DNA of 59,405 nucleotides from [Clostridium] aminophilum (GCF_900101295.1 NZ_FOIL01000015.1:1-59405); one strand, 5' to 3'. Positions 50,967-59,405 are shown, numbered from the stretch's first letter. Program-made: numbers and translations. The notes: a model not told the origin generated them from the letters alone.

Positions 50967-51075
50967 ATTCAGGCAGTCAGTGCCGGGACAAAACCAAAAG
51001 GGGAGAGCGGATGGAACCGTTCCCGGCAAAAAACTGTACAACGGATGAACTGGCCTTTTTCGGCGGAGGTATCGG

Positions 51076-51456
51076 ATGACTCATATTATGACAAGAGATT
51101 CTGTGGAAAAACTCAGCTGCGCGGAGGAGGAACGCCTTGTGGAACCTTACATCCGCGATCAGCTCCGGGGCGCAAAGCTTTCCGCATTTCTCAAACATCT
51201 CGACTCCTGTGAGTCCTGTCGGGAGGAACTGGAAATATATTATATGATCGATACCGGTCTGAAACAGCTGGACCGCTCCGGCGATCTCGGACCGATGAAT
51301 ATCGCCGGGAGCCTGAAACAGAAAGTGGCTGCGTCCCATGCGAAAATGCATTTTCTCAGGAATCTGTATATCGGAAGCGTCGCCGTCTACACACTGACGG
51401 TGATGGCGATCGTGATGACGATGCTTCTGCAGATTCGGGTTTGGATCTTTAAGTGA
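51076..51456 (+). CDS. Putative zf-HC2 anti-sigma-factor-like membrane protein
   Basis: H-x3-C-x2-C motif (HLDSCESCREELEIYY) with a C-terminal TM helix (LYIGSVAVYTLTVMAIVMTMLL). It overlaps polA by 4 nt (translational coupling). No sigma factor is adjacent. Confidence 0.5.
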   Translation: MTHIMTRDSVEKLSCAEEERLVEPYIRDQLRGAKLSAFLKHLDSCESCREELEIYYMIDTGLKQLDRSGDLGPMNIAGSLKQKVAASHAKMHFLRNLYIGSVAVYTLTVMAIVMTMLLQIRVWIFK

Positions 51457-54299
51457 GGTGTACTTTGGATAAAATACTTCTGATCGACGGACATAGTATT
51501 ATGAACCGCGCGTTCTACGGCGTTCCGGAACTGACCAATTCCAAGGGGCTGCATACCAATGCGGTGTACGGTTTCCTGAATATCATGCTGAAGGTGATCG
51601 AGGAGGAACAGGCGGATCACCTGGCGGTGGCGTTTGATCTGTCCGCGCCGACATTTCGCCATAAAATGTTCTCCGAATATAAGGGGACCAGAAAGCCGAT
51701 GCCGGAGGAACTTCGGGAGCAGATCCCGGTGATCAAGGATGTCCTGAAGGCGATGAATATTCCGATTCTTTCGATGGAAGGGTTTGAGGCGGATGATATT
51801 CTCGGAACGGTCGCGAAGCGAATGCAGGCGGAAGGAAAAGAAGTTTCCATCCTCTCGGGAGACCGGGATCTTCTGCAGCTCTCCGACGAGCACATCAAGA
51901 TCTGCCTGCCGAAGACCGTAAAGCGTGTGACGGAAGTGCATTACTACTATCCGGAGGATGTAAAGAGAGAGTACGGAATCGCCCCGATCGAGGTCATTGA
52001 CCTGAAGGCTCTTATGGGTGATTCGTCCGATAATATCCCGGGTGTGCCGTCGGTGGGCGAGAAGACGGCGACGGCAATTATCAGCGCCTATCATACCATC
52101 GAAGAAGCGTATGAGCATGTGGATGAGCTGAAGCCGCCGCGTGCACAGAAGGCGCTGCGGGAACACTGGGATATGGCCGTGATGAGCAAACAGCTTGCCA
52201 CGATCAACATTCATGTGGAGATTCCGTTCTCGTTTGAAGACGCGCATGTGGGCAATATGTTCAGCCCGGAAGGATATCAGTGGATGAAAGACCTCGAGTT
52301 CCGCGCGCTTGCACAGCGTTTTGCGGGCGCGGATGCGGGGGAGACGGAACCTTCTGTGACATTTACGGCAGTGACGGAACGGAAGAAGGCGGATGATCTT
52401 TTTGCAAAGGCAAAAAAGGCTTCATCGGCCGGCATTCAGCTTGAGATTGCGGACGGACAGATTCTTGCCTGCGGACTTGCCTTTGGTCTGGAAGAGGCGT
52501 TCGTTCTGGTCGCGGAGCAGGAAAAACAGGAAGAGGAGACCTGCACCCAGCTCGAGATGTTCCCGGAGCTTTCGGGACGCAATGCCGATCCGGATAAACC
52601 GGCATCGGATGGCCGGGACAATGCGCTGAATGCACGGTATCTTGCGGAAAAAGCGGAGGAGCTCTTCCGCGTTCATCCGAAACTGACCGTGATGGATCTG
52701 AAGGGACAGCTTCCTTTTCTGAAGAATACGGACCGGACGGTCGTGGACGGCGGACGCAATGACGGCGGAAACCGCGCGGTGATGGATGCCGGAATCGCGG
52801 GATATCTTCTGAACCCGCTGAAGGACACATACGGCTATGACGATATCGCCAGAGATTACCTTGGAATGACCATTCCGGCAAAAGAGGAACTTCTCGGAAA
52901 ATGCACCCTTGCGCAGGCGCTTTCCGGAATCGCGGAAACCGGCAGAAAATCAAAGAAAGAAAGCGATGGGGATACAGCCCCGGAGGAGCTTCGGAAGAAG
53001 GCTTTCGAGGTAATCGGCTATGATGCTTATATCGCCTGGAAGTCGAGAGAGGTGCTCGAAGACAAGATGCGGGAGACCGGCATGCTCGATCTTTTCTATG
53101 ATATCGAGATGCCGACGGTATATACGCTTTATCATATGGAAGAAGAGGGAATTATCGTTCTTCCGGAGGAACTGAAAGCGTATGCCGCAAAACTTCAGGT
53201 GCGGATCGATGAACTGGAAAAGGAGATTTATGCCGAGACCGGCCGCGAGTTTAATATCAATTCACCGAAACAGCTTGGCGAGATTCTGTTCGGCGAGATG
53301 AATCTCCCGGGCGGAAAGAAGACGAAGACCGGTTATTCCACCGCGGCGGCGGTTCTCGACAAACTCGCGCCGGATTATCCCTTTGTCCAGAAGGTTCTGG
53401 ACTACCGCCAGTATACCAAGCTGAAATCGACCTATGCGGAAGGACTCCAGCAGTACATCCGCGAGGACGGCAGGATTCACGGCACGTTTAACCAGACGAT
53501 CACGGCGACCGGACGAATCAGCAGCACGGAGCCGAATCTCCAGAATATTCCGGTTCGCATGGAACTCGGACGGGAACTGCGAAAACTCTTTGTACCGCAG
53601 GAAGGCTGCATTTTTACCGATGCGGATTATTCCCAGATCGAGCTCCGCGTTCTGGCGGGCATGTCGGGGGATGAGAATCTGATCGCAGCGTACCGTGATG
53701 CGGAAGACATTCATGCCATCACGGCATCCCAGGTCTTCCATGTTCCGCTTTCCGAGGTGACGCCGGAGCTCCGGCGCAACGCGAAAGCCGTAAATTTCGG
53801 TATCGTCTACGGCATCAGCAATTTCGGCCTCAGCAACAACCTCAGCATCTCCAGACAGGAGGCTGCCGGGTACATTGAGCGGTATTTTGAGGCATACCCG
53901 GGCGTAAAGCAGTTTATCGACCGTCTGGTCAGCGATGCGAAGGAAAAACACTATTCGGAGACGCTGTTCGGCAGAAGACGCCCGATTCCGGAGCTGGAGA
54001 GCGGCAATTTCATGCAGCGCCAGTTCGGTGAGCGTGTGGCGATGAACGCCCCCATTCAGGGGACGGCGGCCGATATCATCAAGATTGCAATGATCCGCGT
54101 CGACCGGAGACTTCGCAGGGAGGGACTGAAGTCGCGTCTGGTTCTCCAGATCCACGATGAACTTCTGATTGAGACCAGGAAAGACGAGGCGGAAGCGGTG
54201 CGGAACATTCTTTCCGAGGAAATGAAGCATGCGGCTGATCTTCCGGTATCGCTGGAGATCAGCATGTCCGAGGGACAGTCCTGGTTTGAGACGAAGTAA
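51453..54299 (+). CDS. polA: DNA polymerase I
   Basis: 948 aa. 5'-3' exonuclease N-terminus (LLIDGHSIMNRAFY). Polymerase motif A DYSQIELR, motif B RRNAKAVNFGIVYG, motif C QIHDELL. Confidence 0.93.
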   Translation: MRCTLDKILLIDGHSIMNRAFYGVPELTNSKGLHTNAVYGFLNIMLKVIEEEQADHLAVAFDLSAPTFRHKMFSEYKGTRKPMPEELREQIPVIKDVLKAMNIPILSMEGFEADDILGTVAKRMQAEGKEVSILSGDRDLLQLSDEHIKICLPKTVKRVTEVHYYYPEDVKREYGIAPIEVIDLKALMGDSSDNIPGVPSVGEKTATAIISAYHTIEEAYEHVDELKPPRAQKALREHWDMAVMSKQLATINIHVEIPFSFEDAHVGNMFSPEGYQWMKDLEFRALAQRFAGADAGETEPSVTFTAVTERKKADDLFAKAKKASSAGIQLEIADGQILACGLAFGLEEAFVLVAEQEKQEEETCTQLEMFPELSGRNADPDKPASDGRDNALNARYLAEKAEELFRVHPKLTVMDLKGQLPFLKNTDRTVVDGGRNDGGNRAVMDAGIAGYLLNPLKDTYGYDDIARDYLGMTIPAKEELLGKCTLAQALSGIAETGRKSKKESDGDTAPEELRKKAFEVIGYDAYIAWKSREVLEDKMRETGMLDLFYDIEMPTVYTLYHMEEEGIIVLPEELKAYAAKLQVRIDELEKEIYAETGREFNINSPKQLGEILFGEMNLPGGKKTKTGYSTAAAVLDKLAPDYPFVQKVLDYRQYTKLKSTYAEGLQQYIREDGRIHGTFNQTITATGRISSTEPNLQNIPVRMELGRELRKLFVPQEGCIFTDADYSQIELRVLAGMSGDENLIAAYRDAEDIHAITASQVFHVPLSEVTPELRRNAKAVNFGIVYGISNFGLSNNLSISRQEAAGYIERYFEAYPGVKQFIDRLVSDAKEKHYSETLFGRRRPIPELESGNFMQRQFGERVAMNAPIQGTAADIIKIAMIRVDRRLRREGLKSRLVLQIHDELLIETRKDEAEAVRNILSEEMKHAADLPVSLEISMSEGQSWFETK

Positions 54300-54316
54300 C
54301 GCTTCTGTAAAAAAGA

Positions 54317-54343
54317 GATAAGCATAACCATGAACAGCGGCAT
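54317..54343 (+). repeat. Left copy of the island-flanking 27-bp direct repeat (overlaps the polA terminator region)
   Basis: gataagCataaccatgaacagcGgcaT matches gataagTataaccatgaacagcAgcaG at 58983-59009 at 24 of 27 positions, in the same orientation. Confidence 0.8.
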
Positions 54344-54513
54344 GAGGCGATAACGCTTCGTGCTGCTGTTTTTTTGTGTGATGACGGCGATTTCAGCAAA
54401 AATAATTGCTTGAAAGGAACTGCATGTATTGCCTTGCAAGGGAAGCAATCTTCTTTTGTAAAGTAGCTGATTTGACAGGAAAGAATTGAATATTTGATAG
54501 GAGTTTAGAAAGT

Positions 54514-54595
54514 AAGGACCACTACCAATGAACGTTTCCATAATTGTTAGAACAAAAATCTAACGCATGGAGGTCATTACATGGTAGTGGTCCTT
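54514..54595. repeat. Perfect 14-bp inverted repeat (aaggaccactacca ... tggtagtggtcctt) with a 54-nt spacer containing a nested hairpin
   Basis: 54514-54527 against 54582-54595. The inner gttaga-acaaaaa-tctaac hairpin lies at 54546-54564. It sits in non-coding DNA at the left edge of the island. Confidence 0.7.
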
Positions 54596-54746
54596 GATTA
54601 TCTCGGATTCTTAGGAATTAGCTTGTTCGTCCTGAGGCGTGACTCAATATCGAGAGCGATCTACGAACGCTTTCCCAGAGATTAAGCGCATACCCATTTT
54701 TAAGGTCTTCGTGTTACGAAAAAAATGCCGAGAGATCCATTTATGG

Positions 54747-56657
54747 TTATTTCTCCACTTTTATAATAATATGATCAAAGCTGTCGTAGTTTATGGTTAA
54801 GAATACATCTCCGCCATGGAAAAAGTTCCGTTCCCACGTAGCTTTAAACTGTTTATCATTACTAACAACATCTGTAGTAAATCCCTTTTCCTTGCATTTC
54901 ATGATATAGTCCTCAATTTCGCTCTTCGTCAAGCCATAAACCGTTGCTTCAAAAGATTTATTTTCATCTTTTGTTAAGAAGCCGTAAACTGTTCCTCCTA
55001 TTCCATCCATTTCAGGAAGCACTGAAGTCATGCTTGGGGTTGTCCACTCAAATGTGCTACATATTACCGAGGCTTCTAGACAGTTTGAATTCCGAGCCAC
55101 AATTAAGTTGCTTTCATTTGTGGCTCTAAAAAAAGCGGTATTGCTAAATATATTGCAACGATATCCTGATTCTTGGCATTGTTTTGTGTAAGCCTCGAAA
55201 CGTGTTGAAGATACTTTGTCGAATGAAACAGTATTTCGATTTTCTTCGTTTATTAATACTTTGCCACCGCTCTCATATATTTGTGGAAAAACCTCTGAAA
55301 GTAATAATTCAGACCAATCAAAGCTTTTCTGGAAATCTATGGTCACCTCATCTGCATCACAGAAAACAGATAACCTCATTCCGTCTTTGTTGTATCCAAT
55401 AAAACTGTTTTTGCTTTGAATAACATTTTTGTTGTAACCGAATTCTACGCAACTATCAATGTATTCGTTTATGTAACTGTCTTCGGAATACTTAAGAGTT
55501 ACATTAAAAGCTTCATCTGTATTGATATGAGTTATTCCGGAATAAAAATATCCGGTGGGAATACAATTTGATAAGAACAGGCTATTCCATGCAAATGGGG
55601 GAACTATAGTGGTTTCAATATACTTGTCTCCTTGGACTATTTTGGCAAAATATCCACCTTGGTTAAATGCTTTATAACTTCGTCCATGATCTTCGCTTTC
55701 TATAGTGAAGCCTTTTTTCTTTATTTTGTCTATCCAAGAACCATAGTCTTTATCGGACTCATACTCGAATCCAAATTGCAAGAGGTCGCTAGTATCGCTG
55801 TACAGGACACCATTGATTGGGTCAAATTTCGGAACATACTTCGATAATACTCCAAGGTTATCCCATTCAATATATTTTCCATATTTTAACTCCGTGATTT
55901 TTTCCTTATAGTTGATTCTGCACATGAAGTATACAGAACCAGCAGTCATAAAAAGGCTCAGAATAAGAAAAAGAATACTCCCTGACGAACGAAAAAATCT
56001 TACTATTCTGAATCCAGCCAACACTGACGAAAGACATAATAAAATGGCAAGGATGCTCAAGACCATCGCAATGGGGCTTCCAAATATTTTCGCTAACGCA
56101 AAGATTATTATAAGAATAACTATTAAGGCAATGTCTATTTCCAATACTTGGGATTTTTGAAATGATTTACGTATCTCTTTTATTGAGGTGTTCATTTTTT
56201 CAGCCGCCACAGTTTTGGTTAGAAAGTTATCTACCGCTGTAATTCTTCCATATACTTCTTCTATACGTTGATCAGAGATACCGAGCGCTTTAGCCCTTTC
56301 ATAACAGTCGTCAGCTAAAACTTTATAGGCTTTTGCAAGTTTCAGTTCATCTTCCTGCAATTCACCATCACCGTTTTTGTCATAGTTTACTATCTGCTTA
56401 TTAGCAAGAATAAGAAATTCCAAAATATCTTCTTTGGTATTTTGGATGTGATAGTTCTCTATGAATGAGGTTTTTTCGTCTATTTCGGATTTCTTGTTTA
56501 ACTCTTTGATAAAGTCATTTATTGAATTGGTGGTGTTATTTTCTCTTATTTCAAAACCGCAGGCAGGACAGAAAGCACAAAACGATTCCAGATGAGCCCC
56601 ACAGTTTGGACATTTATAGATTTTCCCAAGGAATTGTATTTCTCGTTCTTCAGCCAT
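54747..56657 (-). CDS. Island membrane protein: an N-terminal zinc ribbon, a TM segment, and four tandem roughly 75-aa extracytoplasmic repeats
   Basis: CPNCG...CPACG at the N-terminus. Hydrophobic helices around residues 200-260. The C-terminal half has four repeats with the shared signature [ED]-x-Y-[IT]-x2-C-x-E-x-G-[FY] (WIDKIKKKGF, YIDSCVEFGY, YTKQCQESGY, YIMKCKEKGF). An SD AAGAGG lies upstream. Confidence 0.7.
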   Translation of the reverse strand: MAEEREIQFLGKIYKCPNCGAHLESFCAFCPACGFEIRENNTTNSINDFIKELNKKSEIDEKTSFIENYHIQNTKEDILEFLILANKQIVNYDKNGDGELQEDELKLAKAYKVLADDCYERAKALGISDQRIEEVYGRITAVDNFLTKTVAAEKMNTSIKEIRKSFQKSQVLEIDIALIVILIIIFALAKIFGSPIAMVLSILAILLCLSSVLAGFRIVRFFRSSGSILFLILSLFMTAGSVYFMCRINYKEKITELKYGKYIEWDNLGVLSKYVPKFDPINGVLYSDTSDLLQFGFEYESDKDYGSWIDKIKKKGFTIESEDHGRSYKAFNQGGYFAKIVQGDKYIETTIVPPFAWNSLFLSNCIPTGYFYSGITHINTDEAFNVTLKYSEDSYINEYIDSCVEFGYNKNVIQSKNSFIGYNKDGMRLSVFCDADEVTIDFQKSFDWSELLLSEVFPQIYESGGKVLINEENRNTVSFDKVSSTRFEAYTKQCQESGYRCNIFSNTAFFRATNESNLIVARNSNCLEASVICSTFEWTTPSMTSVLPEMDGIGGTVYGFLTKDENKSFEATVYGLTKSEIEDYIMKCKEKGFTTDVVSNDKQFKATWERNFFHGGDVFLTINYDSFDHIIIKVEK

Positions 56658-56719
56658 TTTGACCTCTTAATATAATAAAAAAATATTTGATGTAGGTGCC
56701 TTGATATGAAACAAATGCT

Positions 56720-58126
56720 TTATTTGTTCTCAGTTGGAATCGGGGGCATTTCGGTACCGTTACCTGTATTAGTTCCATTATTAAAAAGACCGAACAGGGC
56801 AGGAACGTCCCCGGCTTTAATCCAATTTACCATTCCTGATTTCCATACCAGTGTTTCTTTATTTATTTCGCCTGCTCCAATCATTTTAGCAAGTGTGATT
56901 AAATCATAAGGGCCAGTTGCCTGTCCATTAACTGCTACATTGTAACAAACTGAAGAAATATTGGACGGATTTGTATTTCCAGGCATTTTGGAACTGTTCA
57001 TTTGAGACATGGCACTATTCATTGTATTGGCAAGATTTTGACCAACAACGCTGCCTAATGTCATACTTGCCATTATTGAGGCCATATTTACACCATTGTC
57101 TGAGCATGAGCTTCCACCAAGATTTATATCGCCGGCGCCGTTCGAACCCATCTGACCTAAAGCATTTGCGCCTGCAATACCAACATCTGCCTGTTTCTCA
57201 GTCTGGAAAGCATCCATATTTGCGCTTTGAGTTTGTTTATGCCGAGCATATTGATCTTCTTCACGCTGTATTCTTAATGTTTCCTCAAGGTTTTCAATTT
57301 CTATTTGCTGCATATCACGAATGTTTTTAACTTTTGCCTCTTTTTCAGCATTAAGGGTAGCAATAGTGACATCCTTTGTGACTTCCATCAACTGTTTGTA
57401 GCCGAGACTTGTTTTATCAATCTCAATATTACTAATATCTAAATCGGATACTTCGATTCCAAATGATTCCCTGAATCTTTCGGTAATGACATATTCAATC
57501 TCATCGTTTATCTGTGCAATTTTACTTTCAATTTGAATCAGGGGAATATCATTCTTTGCAGGTGCGTTGATAACGATATCTTTAATATATCTATTGACAG
57601 CATTTCTGATTTCACTTTGCAGATTCTCAAGTTTAAAATCAATCAAACGATGCAATTTGATAAACTCTTTATAGTTACTTATCCTAAAAGTGATAGTTCC
57701 GTGAACAGCAACGGGGGTGCAGAAATCGGTAAATCTAGGATCATAAACATCGAAATAAGGAACGGCAAATTTCGTCTGAATGATTTTGGCGAGGTTAATA
57801 AAATAAATCTCAGCCTGAAAAGGCGAAACACCATCAAATGCTAGTCCGTAAATACTTGCTAAAACAGGAAAATTAGATGTCTTTATAGTCTGATCAAACG
57901 GTCCTTCGATATAATCTTGCATTAATCCATTCTTCTGCTTATATACAAAGACAGCTACTTCTCCGTCCTTGACTCGTAAGTGTGAATTCCAACGGATTTC
58001 ATTTTCTCTGTTGTTAGAGCCAGCAGGTGCGTCTGCCGGATGCCACTTCCAAATCAAGTAAGATCCTTCATCGCATCTTATTACATCCATGAAGCCGCCA
58101 GTTTTTGCGTGGTTGAATAATCTCAT
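56720..58126 (-). CDS. Island SPFH/Band-7 (Band_7_1, YdjI-like) protein with a C-terminal DUF4339 (GYF-like) domain
   Basis: The N-terminus resembles the Band_7_1 region of the protein at 13825. A coiled-coil middle follows, then a Gly/Asn/Ser-rich linker. The C-terminus CYNVAVNGQATGPYDLITLAKMIGAGEINKETLVWKSGMVNWIKAGDVPALFGLF matches the DUF4339 consensus. An SD GGAGG lies 9 nt upstream. Confidence 0.75.
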   Translation of the reverse strand: MRLFNHAKTGGFMDVIRCDEGSYLIWKWHPADAPAGSNNRENEIRWNSHLRVKDGEVAVFVYKQKNGLMQDYIEGPFDQTIKTSNFPVLASIYGLAFDGVSPFQAEIYFINLAKIIQTKFAVPYFDVYDPRFTDFCTPVAVHGTITFRISNYKEFIKLHRLIDFKLENLQSEIRNAVNRYIKDIVINAPAKNDIPLIQIESKIAQINDEIEYVITERFRESFGIEVSDLDISNIEIDKTSLGYKQLMEVTKDVTIATLNAEKEAKVKNIRDMQQIEIENLEETLRIQREEDQYARHKQTQSANMDAFQTEKQADVGIAGANALGQMGSNGAGDINLGGSSCSDNGVNMASIMASMTLGSVVGQNLANTMNSAMSQMNSSKMPGNTNPSNISSVCYNVAVNGQATGPYDLITLAKMIGAGEINKETLVWKSGMVNWIKAGDVPALFGLFNNGTNTGNGTEMPPIPTENK

Positions 58127-58200
58127 ATTTATCTGCCTCCTGTGCTGAATATGAGTATCTATTAGACTGCAAAAAAGATAAATAAAGAATATCTGATTAT

Positions 58201-58410
58201 TTACTCGTTAGTTTTAACTGCATCGCATATGTCTCCGATATTGCAATCAAAATAGTCGCATATACGCAAAAGTACTGATAACGCAACTTCTTCATTTCGA
58301 CGGAGCTTCGTCATCGTACCGGTTGCGATGCTTAAATCTTTTCTGAAATCAGCCTGTTGGATTCCCTTCTCGACAAGCATTAGCCATAGCTTTTTATAGC
58401 TAATCTCCAT
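58201..58410 (-). CDS. XRE-family (Cro/CI-type) helix-turn-helix transcriptional regulator, first gene of the island operon
   Basis: 69-71 aa with the HTH_XRE pattern (KLWLMLVEKGIQQADFRKDLSIATGTMTKLRRNE). An SD GGAGG lies 7 nt before the second ATG. Confidence 0.75.
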   Translation of the reverse strand: MEISYKKLWLMLVEKGIQQADFRKDLSIATGTMTKLRRNEEVALSVLLRICDYFDCNIGDICDAVKTNE

Positions 58411-58539
58411 TTGCATACCTCCAAATAGTGAACCAACCTTAAATTTATGTAGTCAAATAATTAAGTGAGTTATAAATTATAGATAAATTATAGAACACCA
58501 CCCATATTTTAGCGACAATCGTGATGAATATCAATACAA

Positions 58540-58581
58540 AGTTGCTAAAAATTCGCATGATGTTGCGAGCTTTTAGCAACT
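58540..58581. promoter_or_regulatory. Candidate operator: an 11-bp perfect inverted repeat upstream of the island XRE regulator
   Basis: aGTTGCTAAAA-20nt-TTTTAGCAACt lies 125-165 bp upstream of the XRE start in an AT-rich promoter region. Confidence 0.45.
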
Positions 58582-58890
58582 AAGCAAGCATATAATGGGG
58601 GTAATAAATCTATAGGGTAACGTTATTTATAAGATTCTGGATGCCAAGTCTGGGATCTGTTTTATGTGAAAATTGCACAAAATAACGGGGATTATAGCAC
58701 TGATTAGATGTGAGATAATATTGAAATTTTGTAAAATAATTTCTGATAATAACTAATATTATTAAAGGCCTAAATTTTAATATCTCCTTAGTGTTCGATA
58801 TTTCTCTATGGAACCCGCATAAAGTACAGGGGTTTCTGGATTATCCTACACTATGTAATTTGTTATGGATTGATATAGATTTTTTGTTTT

Positions 58891-58914
58891 GTGGCACTCG
58901 ATGTGGCACTCGAT
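58891..58914. repeat. Perfect 12-bp tandem duplication
   Basis: gtggcactcgat occurs twice in tandem. Confidence 0.8.
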
Positions 58915-58982
58915 GCATCCGAGATTTGGATATCCTAAAGGTTATTTTTTCAAACATTTGTTTCTCTGTAGATTAAGCCCAG

Positions 58983-59009
58983 ATAAGTATAACCATGAAC
59001 AGCAGCAGA
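58983..59009 (+). repeat. Right copy of the island-flanking 27-bp direct repeat; possibly the terminal inverted repeat (IRR) of the adjacent IS256-family element
   Basis: See the left copy. It lies about 50 bp from the transposase stop codon. It begins GATAAG-TATAA, reminiscent of IS256-type ends (GATAAAG...TATAA). Confidence 0.7.
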
Positions 59010-59060
59010 TAGTGTCAATAATTTTTCGCAAATTCATTTTCACCCGTCGGCTCACCATCG

Positions 59061-59405
59061 TTAACTGACTGCAGACTGATCGTCAACCTTGCGCTGAAGT
59101 TCCAGGTCGAAGAGGTGATTCATGTTCAGATATCGTTTGGATCCCCAGTTTGATGCGGCCACATGGCGCAGGCGAGCGCAGACCAACATCAGGGCACTTT
59201 GACCGTCCGGGAAAGCCCCAATCGCTTTTGTACGGCGCTTGATTTCCCGGTTAACCCGTTCTGTTGTATTGTTGGTTCGGATCCTGTTCCAGTGTTCGGT
59301 TGGATAGTCCATGTATGTGAGCGTCTCTTCGATGCCTTCTTCAACTTTATGCGCAGCTTGGGAAAGCTTCATTTCACGAAGCTTTTCAGCAACAGCGGCT
59401 GCTTT
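59061..59405 (-). CDS. IS256-family (mutator-type) transposase, C-terminal part; the N-terminus lies beyond the window
   Basis: The C-terminal region ...WNRIRTNNTTERVNREIKRRTKAIGAFPDGQSALMLVCARL... is characteristic of IS256/mutator transposases. The reading frame stays open to the window edge. Confidence 0.8.
   Translation of the reverse strand, partial: KAAAVAEKLREMKLSQAAHKVEEGIEETLTYMDYPTEHWNRIRTNNTTERVNREIKRRTKAIGAFPDGQSALMLVCARLRHVAASNWGSKRYLNMNHLFDLELQRKVDDQSAVS

Larger units (their letters stand above)
54300..59020. mobile_element. Low-GC genomic island (about 4.7 kb) inserted after polA, flanked by 27-bp direct repeats and abutting an IS256-family transposase
   Basis: The drop from roughly 58% to roughly 33% GC is obvious by eye. 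The flanking repeats are at 54317-54343 and 58983-59009. Three island genes lie on the minus strand. Confidence 0.65.

Noticed and set aside
54056-54541. 161-aa minus-strand ORF spanning the polA 3' end and the island's left edge
   Set aside because: It overlaps the polA coding sequence in antisense and runs across the repeat and hairpin region. It shows no SD and no family resemblance.
58791-58976. 61-aa ORF in the island control region
   Set aside because: It has no SD, spans the 12-bp tandem repeat and AT-rich promoter-like DNA, and has odd composition. It is likely non-coding.
1-59405. CRISPR arrays or cas genes
   Set aside because: No regularly spaced direct repeats with unique spacers were seen. 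The only tandem repeats are the 40-bp pair near 4.9 kb and the 12-bp pair at 58.9 kb.

Overview
This is a high-GC (about 57-60%) chromosomal segment from a Firmicutes/Clostridia-type bacterium. That placement rests on a Rex repressor, a class III (Bacillus-type) fructose-1,6-bisphosphatase, T-box leaders and a YdjI-type SPFH protein. It is mostly housekeeping. Left to right, from the sequence: the 3' end of a group II intron; pyrBI (minus strand); an ABC ATPase / COG1361-like surface protein / FtsX permease trio; an arginine cluster argG-argH-argC-argB-argD-argF behind a cluster of ARG-box-like palindromes; an SPFH (Band_7_1) protein plus a zinc-ribbon membrane protein; rex-acpS-nnr; a CNNM/CorC transporter; yebC; T-box::thrS; pncB; T-box?::ileS (type 2); glgP; an accessory block (membrane-anchored AraC regulator, orphan DctP-like solute-binding protein, two alpha/beta hydrolases); fbp class III; an FMN-bind/FAD extracellular reductase; a MATE pump; upp; a PurO-like ORF plus an AICARFT-only purH; tRNA-Leu(CAA); a VOC protein; a HAD hydrolase; a zf-HC2 membrane protein; and polA. 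The most unusual part is a roughly 4.7 kb low-GC island (54.3-59.0 kb) directly after polA. It is flanked by 27-bp near-identical direct repeats and abuts an IS256-family transposase. On the minus strand it encodes a three-gene operon: an XRE HTH regulator, an SPFH/Band_7_1 protein with a C-terminal DUF4339 domain, and a zinc-ribbon membrane protein with four extracytoplasmic repeats. This mirrors the chromosomal SPFH + zinc-ribbon pair at 13.8-16.4 kb. There are no CRISPR arrays and no rRNA. Many long ORFs in the track are antisense artefacts of high GC and are not reported as genes.
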